Assembly: GCA_047495785.1 (NCBI GenBank)
Contig: JBLDXI010000014.1
Span: forward strand, 620,001-684,000
Length of the DNA stretch: 64,000 bases
Source: Lepidodermella squamata
Taxonomy: Eukaryota; Animalia; Gastrotricha
Direction of reading: 5' to 3'
How positions within the stretch are numbered: position 1 is the stretch's first letter; every line of letters begins with the position of its first letter. This document shows positions 13,549 to 31,600 of the stretch, one piece after another. The notes beneath the pieces were generated by a model that saw only the letters and a program-made list of their open reading frames with translations, searched no databases and was not told the DNA's origin. A program made the translations under genes and the position numbers.

Positions 13549-14541
13549 CTACGCCACTTGCATATTTGTGTCAAGCCGCGATCGAGCGAAATCGACAAAC
13601 TCATCGATTACAACTGGCCAAGCACCTATAGATAGAAATGGTGGCTATAAAAATGGTGAGAATTAAGCAAGTCGAATTTACCGTCAGAGTCATAGTTGGT
13701 AAAATCGAGGTTTACTGATTCGACGAAATCGAGGAACAGGTTCCACGTGTCTCGAGAAATCGCTTTGCGTTGCGCAACTTTTTGTAAGAATTCGAACCAT
13801 AGCTCCAAATGGGGGTAACGAGACGCGCCGAATAGAATTTGCCAGTAAGCGACAGCCGATTCGAGATCTGAATAATAATTTCATAAAAATATAGAAACAA
13901 AATCTCTGCAAACGACAAACCCAAATTTTTCTGTTCTGGAGGTGTGCCGTAGCTGAAAGTCCATGTGTAAAGTTTTCGAAAGTTCTCGGCGAAATTCAAT
14001 TCGTTTTCCGCCGCTTTTAGCCGCTTTTTCAATTCATCGATAGAGTCAGCCCTGAAAATTAGCGGAATTTAACGAGGAGTCAAACGGAGGCAATTCTAAC
14101 AGACCCTAAATCTGAAAGCCCTTTGTAAAATTCGTCCTTTGTGAAGATGCATTGCTTTTTCGCTTGGCACTTCCATGCAAAAATAAGAACTTCACGGCTA
14201 ACGGGGTCCAAGCCGAGTTCGTTGAGAAGGCCCTCGATAGCTTTTTGTTGAATCTTATCTGCCTCTTTTTCGCGACCATCAAGCGCTTGCAGCCGATTGA
14301 ATATTGCTTCGACTTTTTTCAAGTCGATAGAACTCTGACGGTAGTTGCTCGCATTACCACTGCGGCTTGAGCCTGAACTGCTTGAAATGTACCGTTCGGG
14401 GTACTCGAAAAAATTATCGAGAGCAATCTGCAGCTTCCAGTCGTTAGCCGTTAAACAGTTAATAGATGTCTTTTCATCGGCTTGCGTAAGGCTGATGAAC
14501 TTGGTAACTTTTTCCCGTTGTGTCGAGCTTAGTTTCTGCAT
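13549..14541 (-). CDS. DCUN1D1: DCN1-like cullin neddylation E3 (DCUN1D1/2), UBA-like + PONY domains, 4 exons
   Basis: MQKLSSTQREKVTKFISLTQADEKTSINCLTANDWKL; ISRDTWNLFLDF...NYDSD|GAWPVVIDEFVDF. Confidence 0.92.
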
Positions 14542-17500
14542 CAGTTCAGTCAATTTTTCAACTTCTGCACAACTCTGCCTAAATGAATCAAACAAGCCCA
14601 TAAGTAGGAAAGTTGGTAAATAAAAGATCTAGAATTGAAGTCAGGTCATTGATAAGCAGCAATTGTCAAACAGCAGGCGCGTGTTGCCTTCAGCAATCAG
14701 CACGCGATCGTGCTCGAGGATGACCTTTGATCCTCAGCTACTATTCGTTCGCTATTGTTTCTATTTTTGTCAAAAATATGCCTAAAAAGGAACAAAAGAC
14801 ACGTAAATGCAACGAAGACGCCAACACATTTTACTAGGGTAGTGATGGTTCCCAGGTATAATGTGGTTAGTGACGAACTTTGCTCGCATGGATAAGAGAT
14901 AATAACACGATGACTTCATTGTTTCATCATTACGGCTATTTTAATGTTCGACAAAGTACTTCAAACAGATACGCGCCTTTCTTCGGCGACCTGTGAGAAC
15001 ACTGGCGACGACAACAAATCGATTAATAATCCTAATATATATATATTTCTTCAATATATAGAGAATTGAATTGTTCAAATAACTAGCAGACAAAAACACA
15101 AACAGACAGAGAAAAGAAACATACAGTGACACGTCGCGTAACTTGATAGCATATGGAGAATGAATGCAGAGAGCGAAAGAAAGTAGCATCATATCGTCGA
15201 GAAGTGTAGTCTGTTCATTCCGATCGCACATGAGAACGCAGCAATCCTCTCAAGGAATAATGATTGCGGACAAAATATCGCTATCAAAGAGTGGAAACGT
15301 AAATACTTATTTACAATATCTTAACGCAAAGCTTGTTATCATTTATTACTTCATCCATGGAAAGTCAGCCTAAAAATAAACCGATTCTCTGCCGAAGATC
15401 TATTTCTTGAGTTTTCGATAGTTATATAAAAGAATAGCTCAAACCGTCCTCCTCTTCCTCTCGTTTTGTACAAGGTTCCGAACAGACGTAAAAGGCCATT
15501 AGTTTTGATAATATTAATCATTTCTCCAGTCAGCTTACGATCTCAAGTAAAATTTGCATACATTCACGTTGAAGTCGCTTCGATTTCATCATGTCATATA
15601 AGAAAAATAAGAAATGATCAACTAAGAAAAGTTTCAGCGTCATTCTCACAATCATCATCGACATGCAGTGTTCAAGTAACGTTGATCAACCGTCAAATAT
15701 GCGCATTCCTAAATCCGTTTATTAGAACATGAACTAATAATCAACAAATTCAGTCTCTTGGCGAAAGAAGAGCAATCAACGAGTGGACTGCTGTCGTTCT
15801 GATGATTTTTTTTACACTTCCAAGAAGCAAGAAGAAGAAGCAAGATAATTTTATTTCGGATTAACAGAGAGCAGGCACATCTTTTCTCTGGGCACAAGCA
15901 GTTGCGATGAATCACTGCTACCGCCATTGGTCGCACAGAGTGAAACAACCTACTATAATAACCTTTTTTTACGAATTTCCATCCACGGCTATCAGAGGAA
16001 ATATTTTTAACCACACAACTTTTACAACACGTTAGCAGAATTTCAATAGCGCGTACCAAGTAGAGTAGTACTTCAAACAAATATAATCGGCGGCGACAAC
16101 CGAATCAAGTTGTGCAATTATATGATCCTTTCGACTGTTGCAAAAGTGATTGAGCGTGCTGATGAACTAATAATAATTAAGGTAGTTATAAAGATTATTA
16201 TTATTATTATTAATCACTAGCATTTGAAGACACTAATTTTTGTTATTCCATTTGTTACTTACGATGATGATGATGCCACCACGTCTCCACGTGATGATGA
16301 TAAAAAAACAATCGTTCGCAAGTTTCATCATTACTTTCATCATTCATCTGATCAGAAAGCCCAATTGAACAGCCGAGGAACACATAATTAATGCACAATA
16401 CAAACTAGGATGTACTAAAACCGTGTTTATGTATGTAGCTTTGTATATGAGATGCATATGTAGTGTAGTACTTTTAGCAAAATTTCAATGCCTGTTCATA
16501 GCGCAGAGAGAGAGATAGAGATAGATGGTACTTCTTTCGCATCGTTTCTACTTCAGTCATATACAAGGTAAAATCGCCGCCAGCGAATGCTCACTGTCGC
16601 TCAAACCCAGTAGATTTAGTCGTCAAGCCGATGAATAACCGAGAGAGAAATTGTGCTTAGCGACGCAAGTAACAGAGATCTAGAAGCTACAACTTGACAT
16701 AACAAGCAACGTATAAGACACGATGATGAAGAAGAAGTTTGGTATTATTGTACGTAACAATTCGAAGTAGAGGGTAAAATTTCACAGATCAACGACGAGA
16801 TGATGCGTGAAAACAAGGTTTTAAGGCATTGCAAATGCAAAACACGGAGCACCGAGACGAGACAAGACTGCCGCGACAGTTCGCCTTCTTCATCAATTCG
16901 ACACGGATTGTCCGTGTTTGGTTTGCACAAAATAACAAAAGTAACATTATCTGTGCGAAAGCTCAGCGCGGAACTGTGCCAGCAGCCCGCCTCACATGCC
17001 TCGTCACTCCCTTCTTCTCTACTTCAGCCTATGCCTTGCCTTGCACGCAGCAGTGCACCTGTGAAAACCGACGTACAAGAATCTCTAATCATTCGACCGA
17101 CTGTCCACCCAACCATAAACAGAGAGAAATGGAAAGAATATGCCATCGATTATTGAAGTCATAACATAGCCGCATGGATTTTTAATAGGTAGTAAATAGG
17201 CGCAAATAATACCTTGTTTGATAAGGTTATTAAGGTGACGCATTGCTATCATCATCGTTAACAGAATATATGAGAGAGAGAGAGAGGAAATAAAATTGCG
17301 CACGTTAACAGCTCACACTGTTGATTTCTGGCTAAATTTATAATTGGCAAATTATTAGCCATAAGTGGATAACTGATTCGATTATGATTAGCTTTAAAAC
17401 GAAGATGGCGAACTTGTTGCCGACAAAGTTATAAATTTGCCAAGCAACCAATATTCAAAGGAGGAATGAAATGCGTTTCACAATTTTACTTCAAGAAACA

Positions 17501-17807
17501 TTATTAAAACGCAAGAAGTCACCAAATCTTCTGATAATGAATAATAATTAATACGAGTAAACGACGGTGATACAGTTTAGAACCCGGTAGTCGTCAATTC
17601 AGCATTTCAGCTCATTTTTTTCCTTCTTTCATTCATTCAATAGCAGGCGTGAAAGACAACTTGAGGGTTCACAATTATTAATCATTGTTTCCGAAATAGA
17701 AGATAGGGGTATAGCGATACTAGAGCACAAAACAAAAACATATCATTCAAGAGTGCGAGCAATGACAACGTGCGCATTTAACTATACTAAACTAAGAATA
17801 TGTGTCT

Positions 17808-20579
<2,772 letters not shown>

Positions 20580-21805
20580 AGGGAAGACGGCAACGAGAAA
20601 CTAGCACAGTGTGTAATGATATATCACAGCTAGACTGTCTAGATAAAAAGAAGCATGCACATTATAAACATGGCGAATATCAAAATGGAGCCACGATCAA
20701 GAATCATAATTAACCAAGACCTGCTTGGAAATATACATTTATCAGTCAGAAACATTCATCGACGATTCATCGAAGCAGCACCTATGTGCTTCACGCTGCA
20801 TAGTCCAGCAATGAGCGACGAACAGATATTAAAACCCAACTGCGAGTTGACTAGTAACTAGTAGTTGAATATAATATTTCACAAAATAGTGCATATTAAT
20901 TTGCAAGAGATAGCTAAATAAGCGGCTGCTAGCTGGTGGTAACAAGTACAGAGATACAGGCACCAAGATCCAAGATGAGAAACAAGGTAATTAGAGGAAA
21001 ATCAAAAACAGAAAAATGAGAGAGTGATTCAAATCTCGTTTCAATTTCCATTTAAAATTGTCTGACGATGATATGGCGCCGTTGTGCACCGAACGGGGTC
21101 ATCTTGCCGACGAGATCCAGCCGGCGTTGACGATTTTGACACCGACAGAGAGAACACAGAAACACCAAGTCGACTTAAAAATTGTGAAGGTCGGAATTTT
21201 TAATAATATCAAATATCGCACCTTTTATGTTAACAATTTATTTTTGTTCAGCGCGATAAATGATTTGAAAATTATTTTATATTGGCGGATAAAAATCGTT
21301 TGCCGCTGATCACCCATCCTTGTATCTCTTTCGTGATTTTTGGTGTCCGGTTACTGACTTAGTCCTAGACAGGACACATTCCGGTGTGGTGCATCACGTG
21401 AGGCCTGGCATATGCTGCCTATTTTCTTACGTCTGCCGAACTATTTTGCGTATCATCTGTTGTCTGTTGTCCGCCTCCTCTTGTAGTATCTAGTTCAGTA
21501 CGTGATACGTGATGAATCGAGGACGGAGAATCATGTGTTTCAATGTCCAGTTATTAATTTCTGAACTTTGCACTTGGAAATATCTTATCCTTCAGGTTTA
21601 ACCCTGGTCACCATGTCGGAGAAATGAGAAAGCTCATCAACTCATATCTTCCATTCTTTCTTTGAAACATCACTCACAATTCGTCAGTACATCTGCCTTT
21701 ATTCAAGACTTGTCAGATACTTACTCATCTGATGAGAGTAGCTGATTTAGGTTATCAATAATCAGTGCCCATGTTAAATTATTTGTTAAATTATTTAGGT
21801 TCAGT

Positions 21806-24800
21806 ATGAAGTATTTCATACTCTGGTTTTCATTGTTCACCTGGAATCTTAAAGCTGTCGATGGAATCGAGTTCTCTTTCGAGGAGTAAGCTTATTTACG
21901 AGAATTATTTATTAATTTAAAATTATTTTGAATTAATGAAAACGTCATAGAGACGAGACAATTTGTCATACTAAGATTAACGTTTTATGAACATTTTGAT
22001 GGAAGCGAAAGGAAACGTGTTTTAGTTGCGAAAGCTATGGTTATTCACATATTGGCGACTTGCATACTTATGCCATGAGTTGCGACGGATTTATTGCAAC
22101 CATCTTTTTTCGATTTGAATCAAGTTTCACATTGAGGATAATATTGATATAAAGAATAGCACTGATACGAGGTTATCGTGAAAAGGGGCGAGTCAATGGC
22201 ACTTTATCTCGCTGCTATGATGAAAATGTTTACGTCATTAAACTATTCTGCTTTTTTTTCAAGTTTCGGTGTACTATCGGATGGAGTGAGGAAAAGGCTA
22301 GCATATTCATGGGAGACCGACATGGAATTTAGCCTGGCAAAGGAGGTAATCTGATCCGATCTGCCATTGATTGTTTTTCTATTTTCCTATATTTTTCAAG
22401 ACGGTGATATCAGAAGTTGAACGTCGGTTAGCTGCCGGTGAACTTAGATCGGTGGGAAATACAAAAGCTCCAGATCTTGCAAAGAAGATCGCAGACTCTC
22501 TTAGCAAGCTGCTTGCAAGAAGAAGCCGAACTGTCGAAAGTGTAGTATCCTATGTTGAAGAAAAATCTGCTTCATTCAAGTTTGATCCAGCAATTACCAT
22601 GAGCGACGTAACTGTTACCCAAATGAAGGATGACTTCCCTGTATCTCGGAATGAAAAGTTCGGAGATGACGTGGATACAAATAATTTCGCAGTTCATATT
22701 CCTGTTGATATATATGAGGGCGGGCTTGACATTCTGAACGATATGAAATGGAGCGAGCAAATGATTTCAGTTTTCAACTCCAGCGCTCGCGTTGACGCTA
22801 GCGTGAATTGGCAATATTTTGCGTCTCGTGCTGGCTGGATGGTTCAATGGCCGGCCAAACAGTGTCAGAGAAATCCTGATCTTTACGATGCGCGAATGGA
22901 ACCTTGGTACTTGCAAGGACTGTCTGCACCCAAGCATATGCTCATCCTTATAGACACGTTAGTTTCCCTAAGAATGTCTATTTATTATTTCATTAATGAT
23001 TGCTTGTTACAGGAGCGGTAGCACGAATGGAATGATTATGCGTTTGATCAAAGTGGCGGCCACGTCTCTCGTAAACAGTTTAGCAGACTGGGATCGCGTG
23101 TCTGTAGTCAGCTTTTCTGAAACACACGATTGGGCTTCGTGTGCCAAGCGCTTTTTACCTGCCACTCCGTTGAACAAGCAACTGTTATCTGAAGCGATTA
23201 ATAGACTTGGTTCCAAAGGCCAAGCACAGATTGAGCCAGTCCTCCGCTTTGCTTTGAACCAGTTTAGCGACTTGGAAAATTCATCGAGTGCTAATTACGA
23301 TGGATACAAAACTTGCAACAAGATGGTTGTCATTTTGACCGATGGCGATGAAACCTTTGATCCCAATAACTTCATCGAAAGCTACCTTAACCAGTCTGTT
23401 CGCATATTTGTTTACGGCATTGGCACAACAATTACTGGTACCGAGGCGCTGGAAGAGTTGGCTAGGAGAACCAATGGTGAATATGCTGAAATAGCTCAAA
23501 TGAATGCGATACGACACACCGTGCAGGTTAGTTATGCGAGATTCAACCTTAAAGTCTGTGTTAACTTGATTATGGGACAACAAGAATATCCACAAAAGGC
23601 TTTGTACATTGAACAATACCGACGAGGAGAGTCATCCCGTCCTTGTCGCAATGGTACCTGAATCTAAGCCAGGCGCTGATAGTATTAGATACTTTAGTGA
23701 CCCTGATTTGGCAATTGAGGTAGCGTAGACGCATGCCCCGTTATTTTCTCTTTTGTAAGCTGAGCATGAAATTTCATTGACTTGGGAATTGGCATGACAA
23801 CTGCATGTAATAACTTGTTTTTTTTCTGGTGATTTAACTGAACGCAGCGGCTGTTCCATTTGCAACATATATCAATGACGAATGCAACTGTGAATGTCGT
23901 TAATTCTCCTTATATTAGAAAGGTACTATCTCAGCAGCACTTTCATCTATTTTGTCTTGTTTTGCAGTGTTTGCTTACCCAAGACCCATTAACAACTTAC
24001 CCAGTGTGGCGTGATCGTTGAACAATCATAGCATCCCTACTGTAAGTGTGACGTTTTCCTGATCAATTATCGATTTGGGTCTTATTGTTGTCTCTACACT
24101 TTTCAAGGGATATTTGCCGTCGCTAGCCATAGCGAAACCGGCTTTCAACCAATCGACTGCCGAGGATAATGTAAATTATAATCATAACAAGGTTCGCGCT
24201 ATTAAGTGGGATTTTTTAGAACCCTCCCAAAATTATCGGTGTTGCTGGAGCGGATATTCGGTACCCTGAGCTAGTCCATGTGCTCAATCCTGTTTTGGTG
24301 AGTTCTGATACGAAGAGACTTCATTCGTAATTCATCGGTTCCATTTAGTACGACCCTGCCGGATACGCTTTGATTGTTGCTCATAATGGCTATGTTATGA
24401 TGCACTCGAGGCATCTGCCCCGAAATGTTGGTCCGTTGGACAACGAAGATCCAGCCATCCACGCGTTCACCGAAGTACCAATTCACATTGCGGACAGCGA
24501 ACATTCCGCTGTCCCGTTGTTGTACACGGATTGGGTGGAAGACAGCCAGCCTGTGACACGCGAACGGAAAACTAGTAGTTTGCTGTATTATGGCAACAAA
24601 GACTACGCAAGTGAGGAAAAACGTTGGTTAGCCTACACTCCGGTAGCGAATAGTTCTCTCGGCATTGTTGTTTCAATTCGCGAAAACGGAATGGAAGCGC
24701 TTGAACCGACCCCGAAACTACCGATCGATTTCCGCCTGCGTGAAGCAGTTTCAGGCGAAGTGCCGTTTTTCGTCGATTTACGGCGTATTTGCGGAGCGGC

Positions 24801-26730
24801 CAGTAGCATTGTTGCCGATCGTATAGCCAAGGTGCTAGAAGGCACTGTTCGGCAATCGACGTCTGCAGCCAATATCACTGCCACAACTGGAACGACTCAA
24901 CCACCTACAGTCAATCTCGACCGAAATGAAATCGATAACGAAGACATCGAGCGTTTCGGTTTCGAGCCCCAGCGGGAGCCGGAGATACAAACCACGACAA
25001 TGCCGCCGACCACGACATTACCGCCCCCGAACTACAATGTTTTGTACCACCAGGCGGCTATCACCTTCCTGCAATACGCCGTGAACGATCAGAAATTCAC
25101 TAGTCGTTACTTGTGCGACGATTCAGCGGTTCGCTACGCCGCATTTGACATGATTCTACTCCGCCAGTTGCTTGGAGCGCTGACTACGCTGCAAATGAAT
25201 CCGAATGACAATTCAACGATGGAAAAACCGAAAATCGCACCGAATTTTCACATCAATGACGATAATGACATCCCGCTTGATGATCTGTTTGTCGGTGAAG
25301 CAGTCGCATGGGTTGTTGTTTTCCCTAGCGGAGTTCACTACTCGAGGCCATCAAAGTAAATCATTTGTGACATTGATAGGTTTGGTTATGTATGTATTGC
25401 TTCTTTTTTTAGCGGCCTTGAAAAAGCTTGCATCACCGACCCGCTGAAGTTGTCAGTCTATCAGCACGCGGCCTATCAACGTGACAGGGTGTTTGCCCAA
25501 CCAGCACCTTGTCCTGAGTACTCCGTTGTCGCCAGATCGATTCACATCCGATCCTTGTCTCTTGCTACAGTTTTAGTCATTTACAACTCGTCGAGCTTGT
25601 TGCCTGAAAATTGTACGAATTGCATGCTTTTTGACGATGGCGGTTTCCTCCTGGCAGCAAGTGAGTTTAATGCGAAGGATTACGATGAATTTTTGACCAT
25701 TTATTTGATTCAAGGTAACACAACTGTGGCGAAACAAGTTGGAACGGCGCTTGAGTTGTTGGATTTTAGCCTCTACAGCCTTTTGGTGAGAGAATCTAAC
25801 GTCTACACGGTTCACAGCAGCCGAATGCTTGTTCGTCCCTGCCCGCCAAATTCGAACAGCTCGACCTACACCATTATCCCCGAGGTTATACCGCAACAGT
25901 CGGCTGGATTCAGCCACTTACTCAGGGTACGTTTTACCTGCTAGCATTTAATTTAGTGATTCACTCCTGTTCTCTTACCTAGTCGTCGATCATAAACAAT
26001 CTGATGAGCGTTTCGTGGTGGGCGACCTTATTTTCGAGTATAGGCCGCGTTATTGCCGACAGCACCGCTCAAGCTATGAATACGCTGAATCCAACAGCGG
26101 ATTCGATGGGAATGGCCACACCGACTGTGGAAGGATCCGGCGACGGCGCAACCACACTGCCACCGACTCACCACCACGCCACCGATACGGGCAAAGTGAA
26201 GTGCTCACGAGAAAGCTTGTCCGACGACTACGGCCTGCCACGCAAGGGCAAAATCTGTGCCATCCGCCACCCGACTCTCATCCCGGGCCCGTCGTTCTAC
26301 ATCTCGCAACTGCGCCCGTTTGCTTGCGGCCATCATTGCACGCGGACGGCTGCTTGGGCTCCGGTACGCGGCACCAATTTGCTGTTTGTAGTCGCTGACC
26401 CGCCTTGCGGTGGCTGCGAGAACAAGTCTCCGACGGAAAGCTCGTTCGGGTTTCTGTACGAGACGGACTCGTCATTCGACACTTGCCACCTGGCTTCATC
26501 GCCCAGAGGCTTCTCGACGCTGTTTTCGACGCACCAGTATTTCGAGCAACCGGAACAGATCAACTGGAAATGCACACCGTTGAATTTCGTGAGTCATTTA
26601 TCAATTATTTGTTATCAATTAGTTTATACGTTATTTTTTATAGCCGCCACCGTCATCGGCAGTGTCACTGCGCACGAGTACAGGCCTTGCTACAATTGCT
26701 CTTCTTATCGCTTTGTTGCCTCGCTGGTAA
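21806..26730 (+). CDS. CACNA2D: Voltage-gated Ca channel alpha-2/delta subunit-like (VWA_N + VWA + Cache), signal peptide and probable GPI signal
   Basis: Signal peptide MKYFILWFSLFTWNLKAVDG; AVHIPVDIYE, WQYFAS, DLYDARMEPWY, MIDAS LIDT|SGS, ILTDG, RIFVYGIG, LFDDGGFLL, GTNLLFVV; last exon gives ...PSSAVSLRTSTGLATIALLIALLPRW*. Confidence 0.88.
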
Positions 26731-27198
26731 CAGCCAAATGACTCTATTTTAATTCCTCTGTCGAAGTTTTTTCTGTGTACAAAGAACTGAATTACCTGAT
26801 ATTGCGTCATTGCCTGTTGACCTGATGAAATTTGGACCAAAGTGATCTACTTATTTATATATTCTTGTTTTGAGCTGTACTGAATTATTATAACGACGTG
26901 CTTGCGTGTTATTTCATCATCATGATCGCTCTTAAACCGCTGAGACTCTTTACATCGCAACTCATGACCAACTTGAAACAATGGTGCTACTCCTGTTTTA
27001 TTGCTGCTTTGCACTATATTGCTCGTTATTTGTCTCTTCCTACTATGCATTTAATATTCAACTATCTAGTGAGAAGTTATTCGCTAAATTTCATGAAAGT
27101 AAAAATTCCACTAAAAGCTGACGTGCTACCATGTATTGTATTGTATTGTTCAATTTCGCGTTACCAGTAGGTTATAAGAAGATTATTTTTGAAACGGC

Positions 27199-30100
27199 AT
27201 GGAACGACGGTCAACGGCGAAACTTGACGAGATTCGCGCTATTGAGAAAGAGGTGCAAGCAGAATGGGCTAAACAGCGTGTTTTTGAGGTAGACCCACCC
27301 GCTGACTTCAAGGTGGACGAGAAGGCACTGACCACGCCTAGGGATGACAAGTTCTTCGCCACCTTCCCGTACCCTTACATGAATGGCCGTCTCCACTTGG
27401 GTCACACATTCACATTGTCAAAAGTTGAGGTTAGCAGCGTTTTTTGATGTGTGATTCTCCATTTTTAAATTCAAAATTACGAACAGTTTGCCGCGAGTTA
27501 TGAGCGTCTGAAGGGCCGTAATTGCCTTTTCCCATTGGCTTTCCACTGCACTGGTATGCCGATTAAGGCTTGCGCTGACAAGCTGCGCCGTGAGGCTGAA
27601 TTGTTCGGCAACCCGCCGGTTTTTCCGAAATACGAACTCCCGTCTGAATCAGACCCGCCGGAAACGCCCCTAGATCATTCCCACGGAGGAACTTCTATCG
27701 AGCAGGCAGTCGCAGCCCGCGGCAAGTCGAAAAAGTCGAAAGCCGCCGCGAAAACCGGCCCTGGTAAATACCAGTGGCAAATTATGGCTGGCCTTGGCTT
27801 GACCGATGACGAAATTGCTAAATTTATGGACCCACAATATTGGCTCACATATTTTCCGCCCTATTGCCAGCAAGACGTCACTGAAGTTGGCTTCAAGGTG
27901 GATTGGAGACGCAGCTTTGTCACCACCGATTTCAACCCGTACTATGATTCGTTTGTCCGCTGGCAGTTCTTGAAACTGCGCGAGTTGGGGATGATCAAGT
28001 TCGGCAAGCGTTACACAATTTTCTCGCCACTTGACAAGCAACCCTGCATGGATCATGATCGATCTGAAGGCGAGAATGCCGGTCCTCAGGAGTACACTCT
28101 GATTAAACTGAAGGTTGTTGCGCCTTATCGCGAAAAAGTTGCGCCTCTTGTCGGAAAGGACGGCAAGCGACAGGTTTTCCTCGTTGCTGCTACCTTGAGA
28201 CCCGAGACCATGTACGGCCAAACCAATTGCTGGCTAGGTCCAGATCTGGACTATGTTGCTATTGAAATGGCGGATGGAAGTGTTTTCATCTGCTGCGAAC
28301 GCGCAGCTCGCAACATGGCTTACCAGAACTTGACGTCTGAATTCGGTAAATACACGGTAATTGCCCGCTTTAAAGGCTCAGATGTGCTGGGATCGGCTCT
28401 TGAAGCGCCCCTTGCCACTTACCCGGTCGTTTACGCCCTGCCAATGTTCTCGGTCCGAGCTGATAAAGGAACTGGCGTTGTTACCAGCGTGCCATCCGAC
28501 GCCCCTGATGACTACGCGGCTCTACGCGATGTGCAGGAAAAGAAACCACTGCGTGAGAAGTACAATCTGACCGACGACATGGTTCTGCCGTTCAAGCCTG
28601 TACCGATTATTGACGTCCCCGGCATCGGGAAACTGTCCGCCGTCGATACCTGCGAGCGTTTGAAAGTCAGCTCGCAAAATGATAAGCAGAAGCTGGCCGA
28701 AGCGAAGGATTACGTCTACCTTAAGGGTTTCTATGAAGGAATCATGGCGATTGGGCCTTATTCCGGAAAGAAGGTTTCTGATGTCAAAAAGACTATTCAG
28801 GGCGAGATGGTCGCCGCCGGTCAAGCCGTGCTCTACCAAGAGCCCGAGAAGTTGATCGTCTCACGCAGCGGGGACGAATGCGTTGTTGCTCTTTGCGACC
28901 AGTGGTATTTGGACTACGGAAATGAGGAGTGGAAGTCGGTCACCCGTAAGGCCTTGGACCGCCTGGAAACATTTTGCGAGGAGACTCGTAACATGTACAA
29001 GGCGACCTTCGACTGGCTTCACGAGACGGCTTGCTCGCGTTCATATGGTCTCGGAACTCGCTTGCCGTGGGATCCTCAATATTTGATTGAAAGTTTGTCG
29101 GATTCAACCATTTACATGGCGTACTACACCGTAGCCCACCTGCTGCAGGGCGACGTCAACGGCCACGCGGTTGGCCCGCTTGGCATTCGTTCTGAGCAAC
29201 TTAAACCTGAAGTTTGGGACTACATCTTCTGTCTGGCTGATAAGCCACCGGCTGATTGCGGTGTTCAGCAGAACACTCTTGACCAGCTGCGCCGCCAATT
29301 TTTGTACTGGTACCCTGTTGACCTGCGCGTCTCTGGCAAAGATCTTGTGCCTAACCACCTCACTTTCTACTTGTACAATCACGTCGCCATTTGGGGTAAG
29401 ACCCCGAAGGGCGCTCCGGAGCCTTCGAGCCGTTTCTTGCCGGCTGCGGTTCGCGCAAACGGCCACGTTTTGCTCAACTCGGAGAAGATGTCGAAATCAA
29501 CCGGCAATTTCCTGACTCTCAGCGATGCCGTCGCCAAATTCTCGGCTGACGGCACCCGTCTTGCCCTTGCCGATGCCGGTGATTCGACTGATGACGCGAA
29601 TTTTGTTGAAAAAACCGCTGATGCCGGTCTGCTGCGTCTCTACACTTGGGTTGAGTGGGTTCGCGAAATCGTCGCCAAACGCAATGAACTGCGCTCTGGT
29701 CCGTTGAACTTTGCTGATAAGGTCTTTGACGCCGAAATCGGTCGTCTTGTCCGTGCCACCCAGGGCGCCTTCGAGAAGAGCATGTTCCGCGATGCCGTCA
29801 AGTTTGGCATCTACGAATTTCAGGTTTGATTTTTCTTGCTATATGAACAAGTAAAAAGTGGGCTATGGCAAAATTGAGTGCGCGAGAACATCTTAAAATT
29901 TAATATTTTTAAGGTGGAATTTTTGACATTGGTACTTTTGCTGTTGAAATGTGCAGCCTGATGACATCGAGCTTAATTTTTATTTCCTTTGGCTCCTCGT
30001 TTATTAATATTGAAAGCCGCATTAAAATCTGGCGAATTAAACAATATCGCACTCCACTTTTCACTTTTTAAAACGGTCCTATAATATCCAAGTTGAGCTT

Positions 30101-31164
30101 GTATTTAATCGATATATTTTTAGGCTGCTCGCGATTCTTACAAAGAATTGGCCCAGGCTGATCTGCATCGCGATGTCATCATGAAGTACATAGAAGTTCA
30201 AACTATCGTCATGTCGCCGATCTGCCCTCACATCTCGGAATTCACGTGGAAATTGATTGGTAAGCAGGGCTCCGTTCTGACTGAACATTGGCCTGTCACC
30301 GCCGAACCGGACGCAAATTTGATCCGAGCCAATCGCTATATCTGGGAAACACTGCCGGAATTCCGTGCCCGCCTCCGCGCGGTGATGAACAAGCTGACCG
30401 CCGGCAAAGTTGCGCCGATTGTCGGCAAGATCCAGGTAGCGCGTGGCTACCCGGCTTGGCAGATCACCATTCTTCAGAAGCTGTCCGAAATGTGGAAGGC
30501 CGGCAACGGATCTCTGCCCGAAAATCGCCAACTTGCGGCGCAACTTCTTACTGTCCCCGAACTGAAGAAGGTATCGGGTAAAGTAATGGGATTTGTCCAG
30601 GGAGTTAGGGAACGCATTGAAGCCGACGGCGCCGAGGCGGCTCTGCGTGATTCTTTCGATATTGATGAAGCGTGGTTGTGGAATGAAATCACCGCCTATG
30701 TCCGCTCGACTCTGGAACTCGAGAATGTTTCAACCGAGTTGGTTGGCGAGGAGGTTCCCGGTGCCAGGCCAGGCCGGCCCCTGATAAATTATTCCACCCC
30801 GGCATTTGTCGACGTGAAATTGGTCAACACCGAGCCTTGCAGTGGGTTCTTCGAGTTCAGTGTCCCGATTATTGACGGAGACACGGCCGATGGTATTCTC
30901 GGCAGAATCCGCCGGAGCATTGAACGAACCCTGCCAGCAGCGACAAAGTTGTTCGTGTACGCCGACCCAGCCGTCGGTCCTCGCACCATGCCACCAGTTC
31001 CGGCCGATGCCATTGTCGAGGTGGATGCGTCGGCGCTGTTTTCAATTGAGACGAAGCCTGAAGAGAAGGTGACAGTTACATTCGGCAATAATGGCACCAA
31101 ACGCACGATTGATACTGCCAAGCAGATCATTTACGTGACGAAGCCGGTCAGCAATGGAAAGTAG
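27199..31164 (+). CDS. LARS1: Cytoplasmic leucyl-tRNA synthetase (exons 27199-27429, 27487-29823, ~30124-31164)
   Basis: [15 protein letters not shown] (HIGH), TLRPET editing domain, [16 protein letters not shown]. Confidence 0.97.
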
Positions 31165-31600
31165 CAATAGTGTTCAGCTTTCAGTAAAACTGTTGTGATG
31201 AGTTTTTGCGTCAAAGTATTTTGTGGAATAAATCAGTGACAAGTGTCTCTGTATAAAACGATGACGAGTATAAATTAAAATAAAATAAAATTTTATGGGC
31301 AATTATACCGAGTTTTTTTAACCGTTCTGCATAACCCTGACAGCAGCATTCAGCGCGTTGACCTCGATAGGTAGACACATTGGGTTGAAAGCAATGCCGT
31401 CATTCTGCCACACTTCTACACATGTGACATATGTCATATATGGACGCAATTTTCCCTCGCTTCATATTTGTTTTATTGAGCCTGCTGTGCGAAGAATCGC
31501 TTCTACACTCTTATAAATAATTTGCACATTTGCACGCAGCATAAGGTTTTCCAGATGTAGGTGAATAATAGCAACCATCGTTTTAGTTTTCAGTTGTAAA

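Noticed and set aside
14900-17800. Short ORFs between DCN1 and DDX3
   Set aside because: No recognisable domains or consistent exon chain; AT-rich with microsatellites, probably UTR or intergenic
27670-31130. Antisense and alternative-frame ORFs inside LARS1 (likewise in DDX3 and CACNA2D)
   Set aside because: Shadow ORFs expected from the codon bias of long GC-richer exons
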